From Microcoleus sp. (GTDB lineage: Bacteria; Cyanobacteriota; Cyanobacteriia; Cyanobacteriales; Microcoleaceae), in contig CP181291.1 in the NCBI GenBank assembly GCA_052279835.1, forward strand, positions 3,296,001-3,360,000: a DNA stretch of 64,000 nt, read 5' to 3'. Of this stretch, positions 51,731 through 60,118 are shown one piece after another. Position 1 is the first letter of the stretch, and the number at the start of each line of letters is the position of its first letter. A model generated the notes under the pieces. It did not search any database. It saw only the letters and a list, made by a program, of their open reading frames with translations, and was not told where the DNA came from. The translations under genes and the position numbers were made by a program.

Positions 51731-52474
51731 ATGGAAGAAGTCCTAGCATTGATTGAAAACAAGAAGCAAGAATTTGCTAAATCTGGGCTATTTGAGTTTA
51801 TGCGAGACACAAGTATAAACCCAAAACAACGCCTAGCTTTTGCTCCCTGCGTTGCTCCTTTCGTGATGAGTTTTGGTGAATTTAACAAGTATGTCTTCCG
51901 AGAAGAACCAACCAACGATCCACTTCAGGTAATAGTCAACAATCATACCTATGAAGACGATCATCACTGGTTGTGGTTTTTGGCAGATTTAGAAACACTG
52001 GGTATTAACAAATCTGTTAAGTTCAGTGATGCTTTGAATTTTCTCTGGAATGAAGAAACAAAAGCTTCGCGGTGGGTAACACACCTGATTTTCCGATATG
52101 CTTTTAGAGCGAATCCGATCGCGAAATTAGCAATTCTGGAAGTGATAGAAGCCACCGGTAATGTGTTCTTTTCAACGGCGGCCCCCATCGCTGAAGAACT
52201 GCGAACAACTACCCAGAAGGAGTTTCTTTATTTTGGCTGTTTTCATTTGGCTGTGGAAACAGGTCATACTACGGGCACACCGGAAGTTGAGCAATTGATT
52301 AGAAACATACAACTGACTCCTGAAAGCCGTCAAGAGGCTTTTGAGGTAGTTGAGCATTTGTTTGAAGCTTTCACAAAACTAACCGATGAGCTTCTGCTTT
52401 ATGCAAAAACTCATAGCTTTGAGCAACCTTTTGCCAAGCCTCGCGAGGTTTTGCAACCTTTAAAAGCAGCCTAG
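51731..52474 (+). CDS. Heme-oxygenase-like diiron oxidase (HDO), AetD-like
   Basis: Motifs NHTYEDDHHW (D76,H79), LEVIE (E140) and LYFGCFHLAVETGH (H172,E176,H179) match, from recall, the layout and metal-ligand spacing of the aetokthonotoxin nitrile synthase AetD. Confidence 0.8.
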   Translation: MEEVLALIENKKQEFAKSGLFEFMRDTSINPKQRLAFAPCVAPFVMSFGEFNKYVFREEPTNDPLQVIVNNHTYEDDHHWLWFLADLETLGINKSVKFSDALNFLWNEETKASRWVTHLIFRYAFRANPIAKLAILEVIEATGNVFFSTAAPIAEELRTTTQKEFLYFGCFHLAVETGHTTGTPEVEQLIRNIQLTPESRQEAFEVVEHLFEAFTKLTDELLLYAKTHSFEQPFAKPREVLQPLKAA

Positions 52475-52558
52475 CTTACCAGATGTAAAATTTTCAATTT
52501 TTGGAAGCCGACAAATCTTAGAATCAGACAAAATTCATTAATTACCAGGAGATGCATC

Positions 52559-52807
52559 ATGTCAGAATTTAACCCTAATTCTTTAACTGTGACAGAGAAT
52601 CTGGACATTGCTCATACTTGGACTGAGAATCTGGATATTGCTCATACTTGGACAGAGAATCTGGACATTGCTCATACTTGGACAGAGAATCTGGACATTG
52701 CTCATACTTGGACTGAGAATTTGGACATTGCTCATACTTGGACTGAGAATTTGGAAATTTCCCAAAGTTCTCGCCTAGCTGAAAATGATAAAGTAGCAGT
52801 CGGATAA
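52559..52807 (+). CDS. Repeat peptide (5x TENLDIAHTW), candidate multi-core RiPP precursor
   Basis: AGGAG RBS 7 nt before the ATG. 30-bp units at 52592-52741 differ only at synonymous positions. Sits between two tailoring enzymes on the same strand. Confidence 0.82.
   Translation: MSEFNPNSLTVTENLDIAHTWTENLDIAHTWTENLDIAHTWTENLDIAHTWTENLDIAHTWTENLEISQSSRLAENDKVAVG
52592..52759 (+). repeat. 30-bp coding tandem repeat, 5 full copies plus a degenerate sixth
   Basis: AC(A/T)GAGAAT(C/T)TGGA(C/T)ATTGCTCATACTTGG x5, then ACTGAGAATTTGGAAATT. Confidence 0.97.
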
Positions 52808-52819
52808 AAACTGTTGAAA

Positions 52820-52860
52820 ATAACTATTCAGCCTGGGAAGGAGCGAGGCTGAGTAGTTAT
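52820..52860 (+). promoter_or_regulatory. Intergenic stem-loop between the repeat peptide gene and the halogenase
   Basis: ATAACTATTCAGCCT (52820-34) pairs with AGGCTGAGTAGTTAT (52846-60), one G-U pair; no strong U-tract. Confidence 0.65.
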
Positions 52861-52910
52861 AAATTTGTCTCCTCAATGCCCAAATTTAGCATCTACTAAC
52901 CCTAATTGAT

Positions 52911-54548
52911 ATGAGTGATTACGACGTTGTGATTGTTGGCGGCGGCCCTGCGGGTTCCACGGCTGGCACTTTGCTCAAGAAATACAATCCGAATTTGAGC
53001 GTGCTAATCCTAGAGAAAGAAAAATTTCCTCGCGATCATGTTGGGGAAAGCCAATTACCTCAAATTAGCGATGTGCTTCAAGAAATGGGATGCTGGGATA
53101 AAGTAGAAGCAGCCGACTTCCCGATTAAAATCGGTGCTACCTATCGCTGGGGAACAGATCCGCAACCTTGGGATTTTAATTTTATCAAGCCGGAAGAGTT
53201 TAAAGATGAGCGGCGTCCTGCTAAATTTGAGGGACACAGACGGCAAACTGCTTTCCAAGTCGATCGCGCAAAATATGATGAAATTTTGCTCAGACACGCC
53301 CAAGAAATGGGATGTTTGGTCAGAGAAGAAACTCCGGTGGTTAAAGTAGATACAGAGGGCGATCGCATTACAGCTCTACACTTGCGATCGCAGGAAGAAA
53401 TCACCGCCCGCTACTACATCGATGCTTCCGGCCACATCGGCGTGCTACGCAGAGTTTTGGGTGTCGAAACACACTGTCCGACACGACTACAAAATATCGC
53501 TATTTGGGACTACTGGACAAACGCTGAATGGGCCGATTTTATTGGTGTTGGTGGCACCCGCGTCCAGGTAATGAGTTTGAGTCACGGGTGGATTTGGTTC
53601 ATTCCCTTGGGTCCAACTCGTACCAGCATCGGTTTCATCTGTCCTGCGGAACATTATAAGGAGATGAAACAGCGACCAGAGGAGATATATGCCGCAGCAC
53701 TAAAGAGCGAACCTCGCATCAGCAAATTAATCGCTAATGCTACCAGTACGGGGAATATTGAAACTACAAAAGATTGGTCATTTTTGAGCGATCGAACAGT
53801 AGGAGAAAACTGGTTTTTAGTCGGGGAATCTGCGGGTTTTGCCGACCCAATTTTAGCTGCTGGCATGACTTTAGCTCACACGGGAGCCCGCGAATTAGCT
53901 TACACAATCTTAGAACTAGAGCAGCAGAAACACGAGGCTAACTGGCTAAAAACTCAATACGATGCCAATCAAAGGCGCAGAGTGCAACAGCACATTCGCT
54001 TCGCCGATTACTGGTACGCTGCCAACGGTCAATTCACTGACTTACAAGCACATTCAAGGGAAATTGCGCGAGATTCTGGGTTGAATCTAAGCCCGGAAAA
54101 AGCTTTTGGGTGGTTAGCCCAAGGAGGATTCACCAATGATATTTTGGGTCAAGCTGTGATTGCCGGGTTTGATTTAGGTTCCATGAAACAGGTAATGCAG
54201 CGATTCTCGCAGCAAGAAGTGCCTTGGCTGCTTTCGGCTTACAATGTGTTTCAGTTAGATTTAGTAGATGCAGAAATCGAGTTTGTAGCTGTCTACGAAG
54301 CTGGTAAAATTAACAAGATCAAGTGTTATGTGAAGAACGGTCAGCGGTTGCCTGTTACAGGTTTATACGGTTTGCTGATTGATATTTTGGGCCGCACTGA
54401 ATACATCGAACAGATTTACCGGCAGTTGGTGCTAGTGTTTAAGGAGCGTTTTTCTGTGCAACACGCACGAGTAGCACTTCATCAAGCCCTTGGTTGTTTG
54501 GAGGTGATGGTGAGTTTCTGGTATCGTCAATGCAATATTGAATCCTGA
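52911..54548 (+). CDS. Flavin-dependent halogenase family protein (may extend to 54618 if there is a +1 frameshift at 54515-54517)
   Basis: GGGPAGS FAD motif, FPRDHVGES, conserved Lys in FPIKIG, WIWFIP halogenase motif, GFADPI. Confidence 0.88.
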   Translation: MSDYDVVIVGGGPAGSTAGTLLKKYNPNLSVLILEKEKFPRDHVGESQLPQISDVLQEMGCWDKVEAADFPIKIGATYRWGTDPQPWDFNFIKPEEFKDERRPAKFEGHRRQTAFQVDRAKYDEILLRHAQEMGCLVREETPVVKVDTEGDRITALHLRSQEEITARYYIDASGHIGVLRRVLGVETHCPTRLQNIAIWDYWTNAEWADFIGVGGTRVQVMSLSHGWIWFIPLGPTRTSIGFICPAEHYKEMKQRPEEIYAAALKSEPRISKLIANATSTGNIETTKDWSFLSDRTVGENWFLVGESAGFADPILAAGMTLAHTGARELAYTILELEQQKHEANWLKTQYDANQRRRVQQHIRFADYWYAANGQFTDLQAHSREIARDSGLNLSPEKAFGWLAQGGFTNDILGQAVIAGFDLGSMKQVMQRFSQQEVPWLLSAYNVFQLDLVDAEIEFVAVYEAGKINKIKCYVKNGQRLPVTGLYGLLIDILGRTEYIEQIYRQLVLVFKERFSVQHARVALHQALGCLEVMVSFWYRQCNIES

Positions 54549-54885
54549 GTTGTCTAAATTGAATATTTCCATACCGATGGAAGGCGAGTTAATTCACACT
54601 CACAGGGATGCGACTTAATATCAATTCCTCTCTTCATCGTCCTGTATTCATTTCTCTCTGTGTTCTCTGTGTTCTAGTAAGGTTAAATCATTCCGATGCA
54701 ACCCGAAACGATATAACGGGCTACAGGAAAGCTGGGCCCAGAACGATATATAGTGAACCCATGGCACGAGGAAAGCTACCCAAATTTTTGCTAAGGTATT
54801 GGTAGCTTTCTCTAGATATTAAGTTAGGTTCCAGTATCCCATTTCTTAAACAAGTCGGGTACTGGGAATTCTGTTATGAAATACA

Positions 54886-54923
54886 AAAAATCAGAGGTTG
54901 GAAAATTCCAACTTCTGATTTTT
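54886..54923 (-). terminator. Intrinsic terminator downstream of tRNA-Asn
   Basis: AAAAATCAGAGGTTGGAA / TTCCAACTTCTGATTTTT inverted repeat with flanking A/T runs. Confidence 0.7.
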
Positions 54924-54928
54924 ACTAA

Positions 54929-55000
54929 CTCCCCGGGTAGGATTTGAACCTACGACCAATCGGTTAACAGCCGACCGCTCTGCCACTGAGCTACCGAGGA
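54929..55000 (-). tRNA. trnN: tRNA-Asn (GTT)
   Basis: Reverse complement TCCTCGGTAGCTCAGTGGCAGAGCGGTCGGCTGTTAACCGATTGGTCGTAGGTTCAAATCCTACCCGGGGAG: 72 nt, cloverleaf, GTT anticodon, no encoded CCA. Confidence 0.97.
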
Positions 55001-55109
55001 TTGGTGCTTTTTGCTTGCCACATTTACTAATAGTAATACCAACATCCTGAATTTGGCAAGGCCTTTGACAAACTTTTTTTTAAGTCATACAGAAAGGGGG
55101 TTTCAGGAG

Positions 55110-55664
55110 TTAGGGCAATCCCATTCTCAGTTTAGCGAGCCGCTGTTGGGATTCTGGATCGAGAGAACTGGCGAGAAAGCGACTAGAAGTTTGTTTGCGA
55201 GATTTGTGCAGGCGCTCGCAGCGGCGGGCTGTCGATTCGATGTCGGCGGCAAGTTGCTCGGCAGACATCCATTCGGCACCGTAGCCGACGACGGTCAATT
55301 GCTGCGCTCGGTCTGAGGTGGCGACAATCATGCGACCTTTTCCCGATCGCGATCGCAATTCATAACGCAAACTAGCACAAGATTTTTCAATATAAGTATC
55401 TGCTGTCTGACCGAAGTCAGTGTAGTGCACAGATAAATGTTTTGTAATAATTTCTTTGACGCTGGGAGTATGTCGATAGTGAGCATCAAACACCAGTCGA
55501 GCCTCAAAATCTTGAACAGCGCTGTAGTTAACTAAAACTTCAATTAACTCGCGGCGAGCTGTTTCGAGTTCGTCGCGATCGCGCTTCTGTCGGAGTTTAG
55601 GCCAAAGCCCAATCATGTTATAGCCGTCTACAAGTAAAACCGCTTGCGATACATAGGGTGACAT
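55110..55664 (-). CDS. YacP/Rae1-like NYN-domain ribonuclease
   Basis: LLVDGYNMI, VFDA, QTADTYIE, IVATSD. Confidence 0.9.
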   Translation of the reverse strand: MSPYVSQAVLLVDGYNMIGLWPKLRQKRDRDELETARRELIEVLVNYSAVQDFEARLVFDAHYRHTPSVKEIITKHLSVHYTDFGQTADTYIEKSCASLRYELRSRSGKGRMIVATSDRAQQLTVVGYGAEWMSAEQLAADIESTARRCERLHKSRKQTSSRFLASSLDPESQQRLAKLRMGLP

Positions 55665-55896
55665 GGTTCAAAGCTGAAAATCTCCAGCGCGTATAGGACA
55701 TTATTTGCATTGTTTATCAAAGCTTTTGTTGCATTTTATTACAAATCGATGTCTAGTATCAAGTTCTGTTGAGTCCTGGGTAATACCAAATCTGGGGAAA
55801 GCTACCCGCTGGAATTTTGACTGTTGACTTTGTTATGTAGCAACCGCCCAAGCGCCTTGGTGACTGTTATAGTTGCTGTTCGGGAGTGATACAGAC

Positions 55897-55938
55897 AAAA
55901 AAAATGGCGTTTGCACTTGACAAACGCCATTTTTTTTG
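55897..55938. terminator. Intrinsic terminator of the channel gene (symmetrical A/T flanks)
   Basis: AAAAAAAATGGCGTTTG...CAAACGCCATTTTTTTT. Confidence 0.75.
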
Positions 55939-57618
55939 TTATGAACGCGGCGTTTTATCTTGTTTAAAAGCCGCTAACCATTCGCGAATTTGCTCGGAGG
56001 CAATATCGCGCCCCCCCAAACCAAATGCCAGAGCAATCCCTACAGCGATCGCCCCTAGCAGCAGCCCAAAGGCCAAATTCACAATATCGCTAGCAATGCC
56101 CATCTGTTGCAGCGCCAAGGCCAACACAAAGGCAATAATCGCGATCCGAGCCGTTTGGCCCAACAACCGGGCTTGGCGAGTGCCAGAACTGGCAATCAAA
56201 CTAAAGGCCAGATTCGCTAAGTATAAGCCGATCGCAAATACGATCAAACCAGACAAAACCCGACCAGCTACCACCACAATACCGCTGACAATCGCCGTCA
56301 GTGCCGGAATGCGCAGCACATCAGTAGCAGCCACCACAGCAAACAGGATAATACCTACTTGCACGACAATCCCCACAAACTCCGAAGGAGTACGGGATGG
56401 AATTTCTGGTTCCGCCTGAAGTACCGTTGCATCGGGATCTAGCTGGTTCTGAGCGATGGACAAAGGTGGCTTCGCTGGCACACCCAACCAAGAAAAGACA
56501 TTATTAAAGCCAATCCCCGTCAGGATATTAATCACCAAATCGCTAATCCAGCGTCCCAAAATGTAAGCAACCACTAAAATGATGGCTGCGGTAAAAATAT
56601 TGGGAATGGCGCCCAAAATCGTGTTGAGCATCGCGATTGCCGGCTGGGAAATCGCCTGAATGTCCAAAGCGTTGAGTGCAGCGATCGCCGTTGGAATTAA
56701 AATCAAGACATAGACGATCGTCCCGACAATCCACGACAGCGATTGGCCGCCATTCGTCCGCGAAATTCCGAACCTAGCGCCCACACTGTCCGCCCCAGTA
56801 GCAGCCAGCAAATTGGTGACAATCCGCCGCACCACCTGAGCCAGCAGCCAGCCCACAGCCCCAATCAGCACCGCTTCCAAAATCTTAGGAATCGCAGCCA
56901 GAATTTGATTGAGCAAATTCTGAACCGGCAGCAGCGCCTGAGACAATTGCAGAGATTCCAGAATCAGTGGCAAAAACAGCAGAAAGATAAACCAATACAG
57001 CGCATTGGCTACTGTTTCGCTCAGCAGCAAAGGGCTTTCTCCTGGTGTTCCACCCACTTGCTGATTCAAACGCTCATCCAAACCAAAAGCCCGCATCGCC
57101 CGTGATACGGCCAATTTGGCAACAGTGGCCAATACCCAAGCTATCCCCAGCCAAATCAGCGCCCCTGCTAACTTCGGCAAGAAAGCAGCTATTTGATCTA
57201 GAAAAGTATTGAGGGGTTGCGAGACAGCAGTCAAATTCAGTCGGTTGAAAAAGGCTACCAGGAAGAAGATAAAAATGATCCAGAATACCGCAGTCGCCAC
57301 CCATTTTTCGACTGGTGGTGAGTCTGTGGAGTCTGGACGCCCTGTCACCCAGGCTGCCATTTTGTTGTCGATGTTAGTTTTTTTCAGTAATCCTCCGATT
57401 ACTGACGAAACTAGGGTGGCTACGATCAAACCCAACAGCAGAATGCCTACTGCCCAGATCAGATTTTCAATGTTTGAACCCTGAAATAGATTGTTTAATC
57501 CACGTTCGGCATCTGCCAGCGGATTTGGGGCCGGCTGCCCCTGGGCTAAGATGCGATCGGACAGAAGCCCCATCGGGGTCCATGTCGATTGAGTTATTTC
57601 TTGCCAAGTTTCATTCAT
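55939..57618 (-). CDS. MscS/CmpX-like multi-TM (TM-helix repeat) mechanosensitive channel protein
   Basis: Repeated LP.I..A..I...GW..A units and the C-terminal LAFGLGGRDIA motif. Confidence 0.85.
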   Translation of the reverse strand: MNETWQEITQSTWTPMGLLSDRILAQGQPAPNPLADAERGLNNLFQGSNIENLIWAVGILLLGLIVATLVSSVIGGLLKKTNIDNKMAAWVTGRPDSTDSPPVEKWVATAVFWIIFIFFLVAFFNRLNLTAVSQPLNTFLDQIAAFLPKLAGALIWLGIAWVLATVAKLAVSRAMRAFGLDERLNQQVGGTPGESPLLLSETVANALYWFIFLLFLPLILESLQLSQALLPVQNLLNQILAAIPKILEAVLIGAVGWLLAQVVRRIVTNLLAATGADSVGARFGISRTNGGQSLSWIVGTIVYVLILIPTAIAALNALDIQAISQPAIAMLNTILGAIPNIFTAAIILVVAYILGRWISDLVINILTGIGFNNVFSWLGVPAKPPLSIAQNQLDPDATVLQAEPEIPSRTPSEFVGIVVQVGIILFAVVAATDVLRIPALTAIVSGIVVVAGRVLSGLIVFAIGLYLANLAFSLIASSGTRQARLLGQTARIAIIAFVLALALQQMGIASDIVNLAFGLLLGAIAVGIALAFGLGGRDIASEQIREWLAAFKQDKTPRS

Positions 57619-57695
57619 TTTTTTCTCAGGTTAACGTCAGATTTGACAAGGAAAATAAGAAACTGTAAGAATACGCTTCTAGCTTGCAGGTTTTC

Positions 57696-58139
57696 ATGTC
57701 TATTCGTCAAGTTTTCGAGCAATCAATTGAAATTCGCGCTGCTGCTACCTTGGTGGAGCGCTGTATCGCCGATCGCACTTTAATGCACCAGTGGCTCAAT
57801 CCATTACTCCGCTGCGAGCCTGTAGGCGAATGGGATACTGCTGTCGGAAGTCGCAGCCTATTTATCATAAAAATTCCAGTTTGGCAACCCACTTTAGAGA
57901 GTGTGGTTTTGGAGCGAGAACCGGGTTTAATTGTCTGGGGGTTTGATGGATTTTTTCAAGGGTGCGATCGCTGGGAATGTCAACCACAAATCCAAGGCAC
58001 ACTTTTGATCAACCGCTTTGAATTTGAGATTCCCAATCAGTTAATTCGATTTGGTTTCCATCGCTTTGCAGCCCCTTGGACCCAGAAAGACATGAAAGAC
58101 CAACTTCGTCGCCTCAAACGAGTAGCCGAGCAATTGTGA
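57696..58139 (+). CDS. SRPBCC/START-fold protein
   Basis: FEQSIEIRA...WLNP...LRRLKRVAE pattern typical of the polyketide-cyclase-like fold. Confidence 0.8.
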   Translation: MSIRQVFEQSIEIRAAATLVERCIADRTLMHQWLNPLLRCEPVGEWDTAVGSRSLFIIKIPVWQPTLESVVLEREPGLIVWGFDGFFQGCDRWECQPQIQGTLLINRFEFEIPNQLIRFGFHRFAAPWTQKDMKDQLRRLKRVAEQL

Positions 58140-58260
58140 CAAAAGCAACAAGGAACAAACTAGGGACAATCGGAGAGCGGGATGCTCACAGAACGAGAGA
58201 AAAGACTATCAATTCCCAATGCTCGCTTCCCCATTTCCCCGGTCCCCTAACTGGAATTTT

Positions 58261-58878
58261 TTACTTCATATTCCCCGATGAATTAGGCTGACAAATCATT
58301 TGTCTGGCAGAATTCAATGCTTGACCAGCAGTGCCTTGCAAAGCCGGTGAATTTTTATACATGGCTTGCAAATCTTGCATATCTTTCATCACCCGCTGAT
58401 AGACAGCCATAGCTTGATTTCCATCTACTTCCAAAGCAGAAGGGGTGTAATTTTGCATCACTTCGATCAGGGATATTTTGCCATCTTTGGAAGCTCCAAC
58501 TAAAGCATCCCGCAAAGCCGGAGCGCTTTGAGCGCGAGTTGCTGGTGCATAAGCTACTTCGCCCAATTGTTTCAAAACAATTTCCCCGAAGTAGGAATTT
58601 GCCAGCCGCGTTACTAATTGAGAATCTAAAGCTACTTCTCGCGTTAATATTTCTCGCACTGATTCAGGAGTTTGTTTCGCCAGACTTAGAACGCTTTGCA
58701 GTTGAGGAGAGGGTTTGCCAGTTTGTGTAAAGCTTTGCAAGTCGGCTAGGGGTAAAGTGACATCAACAGCGCCATATTTGACTGTGACTGTTTCTAATGC
58801 CAAAGCCTTACCGCTGCTTAGCAATACTGCACTTGTTCCTAACAAAAGTGCCAAACCTAATGATAAAGACTTTGACAT
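58261..58878 (-). CDS. DUF1400 secreted protein
   Basis: Signal peptide ending ALA, then LETVTVKYG...DLQSF..TG...ALRDALV...ISLIEVMQNY. Confidence 0.8.
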   Translation of the reverse strand: MSKSLSLGLALLLGTSAVLLSSGKALALETVTVKYGAVDVTLPLADLQSFTQTGKPSPQLQSVLSLAKQTPESVREILTREVALDSQLVTRLANSYFGEIVLKQLGEVAYAPATRAQSAPALRDALVGASKDGKISLIEVMQNYTPSALEVDGNQAMAVYQRVMKDMQDLQAMYKNSPALQGTAGQALNSARQMICQPNSSGNMK

Positions 58879-59266
58879 TCTCTTTGTTAAATGGGCTGAG
58901 TGCCGGCGCATTCCATCGAAATAACCTGATTGAAACTGAAAGTTCATGGTTTTTTGCCTGTTTACGTCAAAATACTTTTTTGAGCGATCGTCTCTGTGGG
59001 TGTCAATCTGAAAAATAGATTTAGGAGTGTAACCCAAGAATCTGTGATTTTACAGTGATTTCAAGGAATTTTAACCTCTCATCAGATAGGTGTCAATTTG
59101 TCACTTATATGTTAAGCCCCCGCCTTACATATTTTCCTCCATTGGTTATATATCTTTGCAAAAATTTTGATCCTCCGGCTCTCTCTGACAACACGCGGTT
59201 GTCAGGACAAATTGATAAAGGCCACATCCACCTTAATCTAGGGAGGATCGCTCCTGCAAGCTGGGA

Positions 59267-60091
59267 TCACATATCCCATTCGAGTCGATCAAGTAATTGG
59301 CGAATTCTAGGAGCATCAGGAGCATTAGGAGCATTTCTTAGGTATACTTCCAAATCGTGACGTGCTTCTGCCAAACGCCCCAGTTGATAGTACAGAATTC
59401 CGCGATCGCGCCTTTCTCCCAGGGCATCTGGAAATAGCAGTAAAATTCCTTCGATCGCCCTGAGCACCCTCCTAGCATCTTGCTGTTGCAAATAAATCGC
59501 CTTCAGATTTCCCAGCATTCGCGCCAATAATTGCCGGGGACTGACTGCGGCGAGAAATGCCGGCTGCAACTCCATAGTTTGACCATAAATTCGAGAAATT
59601 CTCTCTTGACAATCTTCAGTAAATAAAATCTCACCGCCGTTAAACGCATCAACAAAAATGCCAGCCTCTTCAAAATTTGGCTTAATTAAAAAATGTCCTG
59701 GCATCCCAATTCCCACCATGGGAAAATCAATCCGCTTGGCAACTTCCAAATAAACCAAAGACAAAGAGATAGGAATACCCATACGGCGATCGATCACTTG
59801 ATTCAAAAAACTATTACGGGGGTCATAATAATCCGCATCATTGCCCGCAAATCTCAAATCCTCGTATAAGTAACGGTTAATAGTTTGAATGATTCGCAGG
59901 GGATAATTCTGTGCCGGCAGGCGATCGCGAACTTCATCCGCCATGTCGTCGAGAGCATTGAGATATTCCTGTGTCTCTAAGTTAGGATATTCTTCTAAAG
60001 CTATATACAGGGCTGCTTTTGCCAGATCTATCGAGTTATCTGGTTGATTAATTTCTAAATGAAATAGTTGTCGCGCTCTGGGAAAATCCAT
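59267..60091 (-). CDS. SirB1-like transglutaminase-like/TPR protein
   Basis: YYDPRNSFLNQVIDRRMGIPISLS, GMPGHF, ERRDRG. Confidence 0.9.
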   Translation of the reverse strand: MDFPRARQLFHLEINQPDNSIDLAKAALYIALEEYPNLETQEYLNALDDMADEVRDRLPAQNYPLRIIQTINRYLYEDLRFAGNDADYYDPRNSFLNQVIDRRMGIPISLSLVYLEVAKRIDFPMVGIGMPGHFLIKPNFEEAGIFVDAFNGGEILFTEDCQERISRIYGQTMELQPAFLAAVSPRQLLARMLGNLKAIYLQQQDARRVLRAIEGILLLFPDALGERRDRGILYYQLGRLAEARHDLEVYLRNAPNAPDAPRIRQLLDRLEWDM

Positions 60092-60118
60092 TTTTATTAT
60101 TGATTTAAAGGCTCTACT

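Noticed and set aside
52592..52759. 30-bp repeat as a CRISPR array
   Set aside because: Units are contiguous with no spacers, vary only synonymously in an ORF, and no cas genes are present.
52583..52765. Antisense repeat ORF (MSNVQILSPS)n
   Set aside because: Shadow of the plus-strand peptide: repeat variation is non-synonymous in this frame, and it opposes the operon.
51731..54548. Aetokthonotoxin (aet) gene cluster itself
   Set aside because: No P450, tryptophanase or single-component AetF-type halogenase is adjacent; only an AetD-like gene and one halogenase.
54608..54805. 65-aa ORF after the halogenase as a fourth cluster gene
   Set aside because: Contains low-complexity CTCTGTGTT repeat-derived sequence and no recognisable motif, and would overlap the corrected halogenase end.
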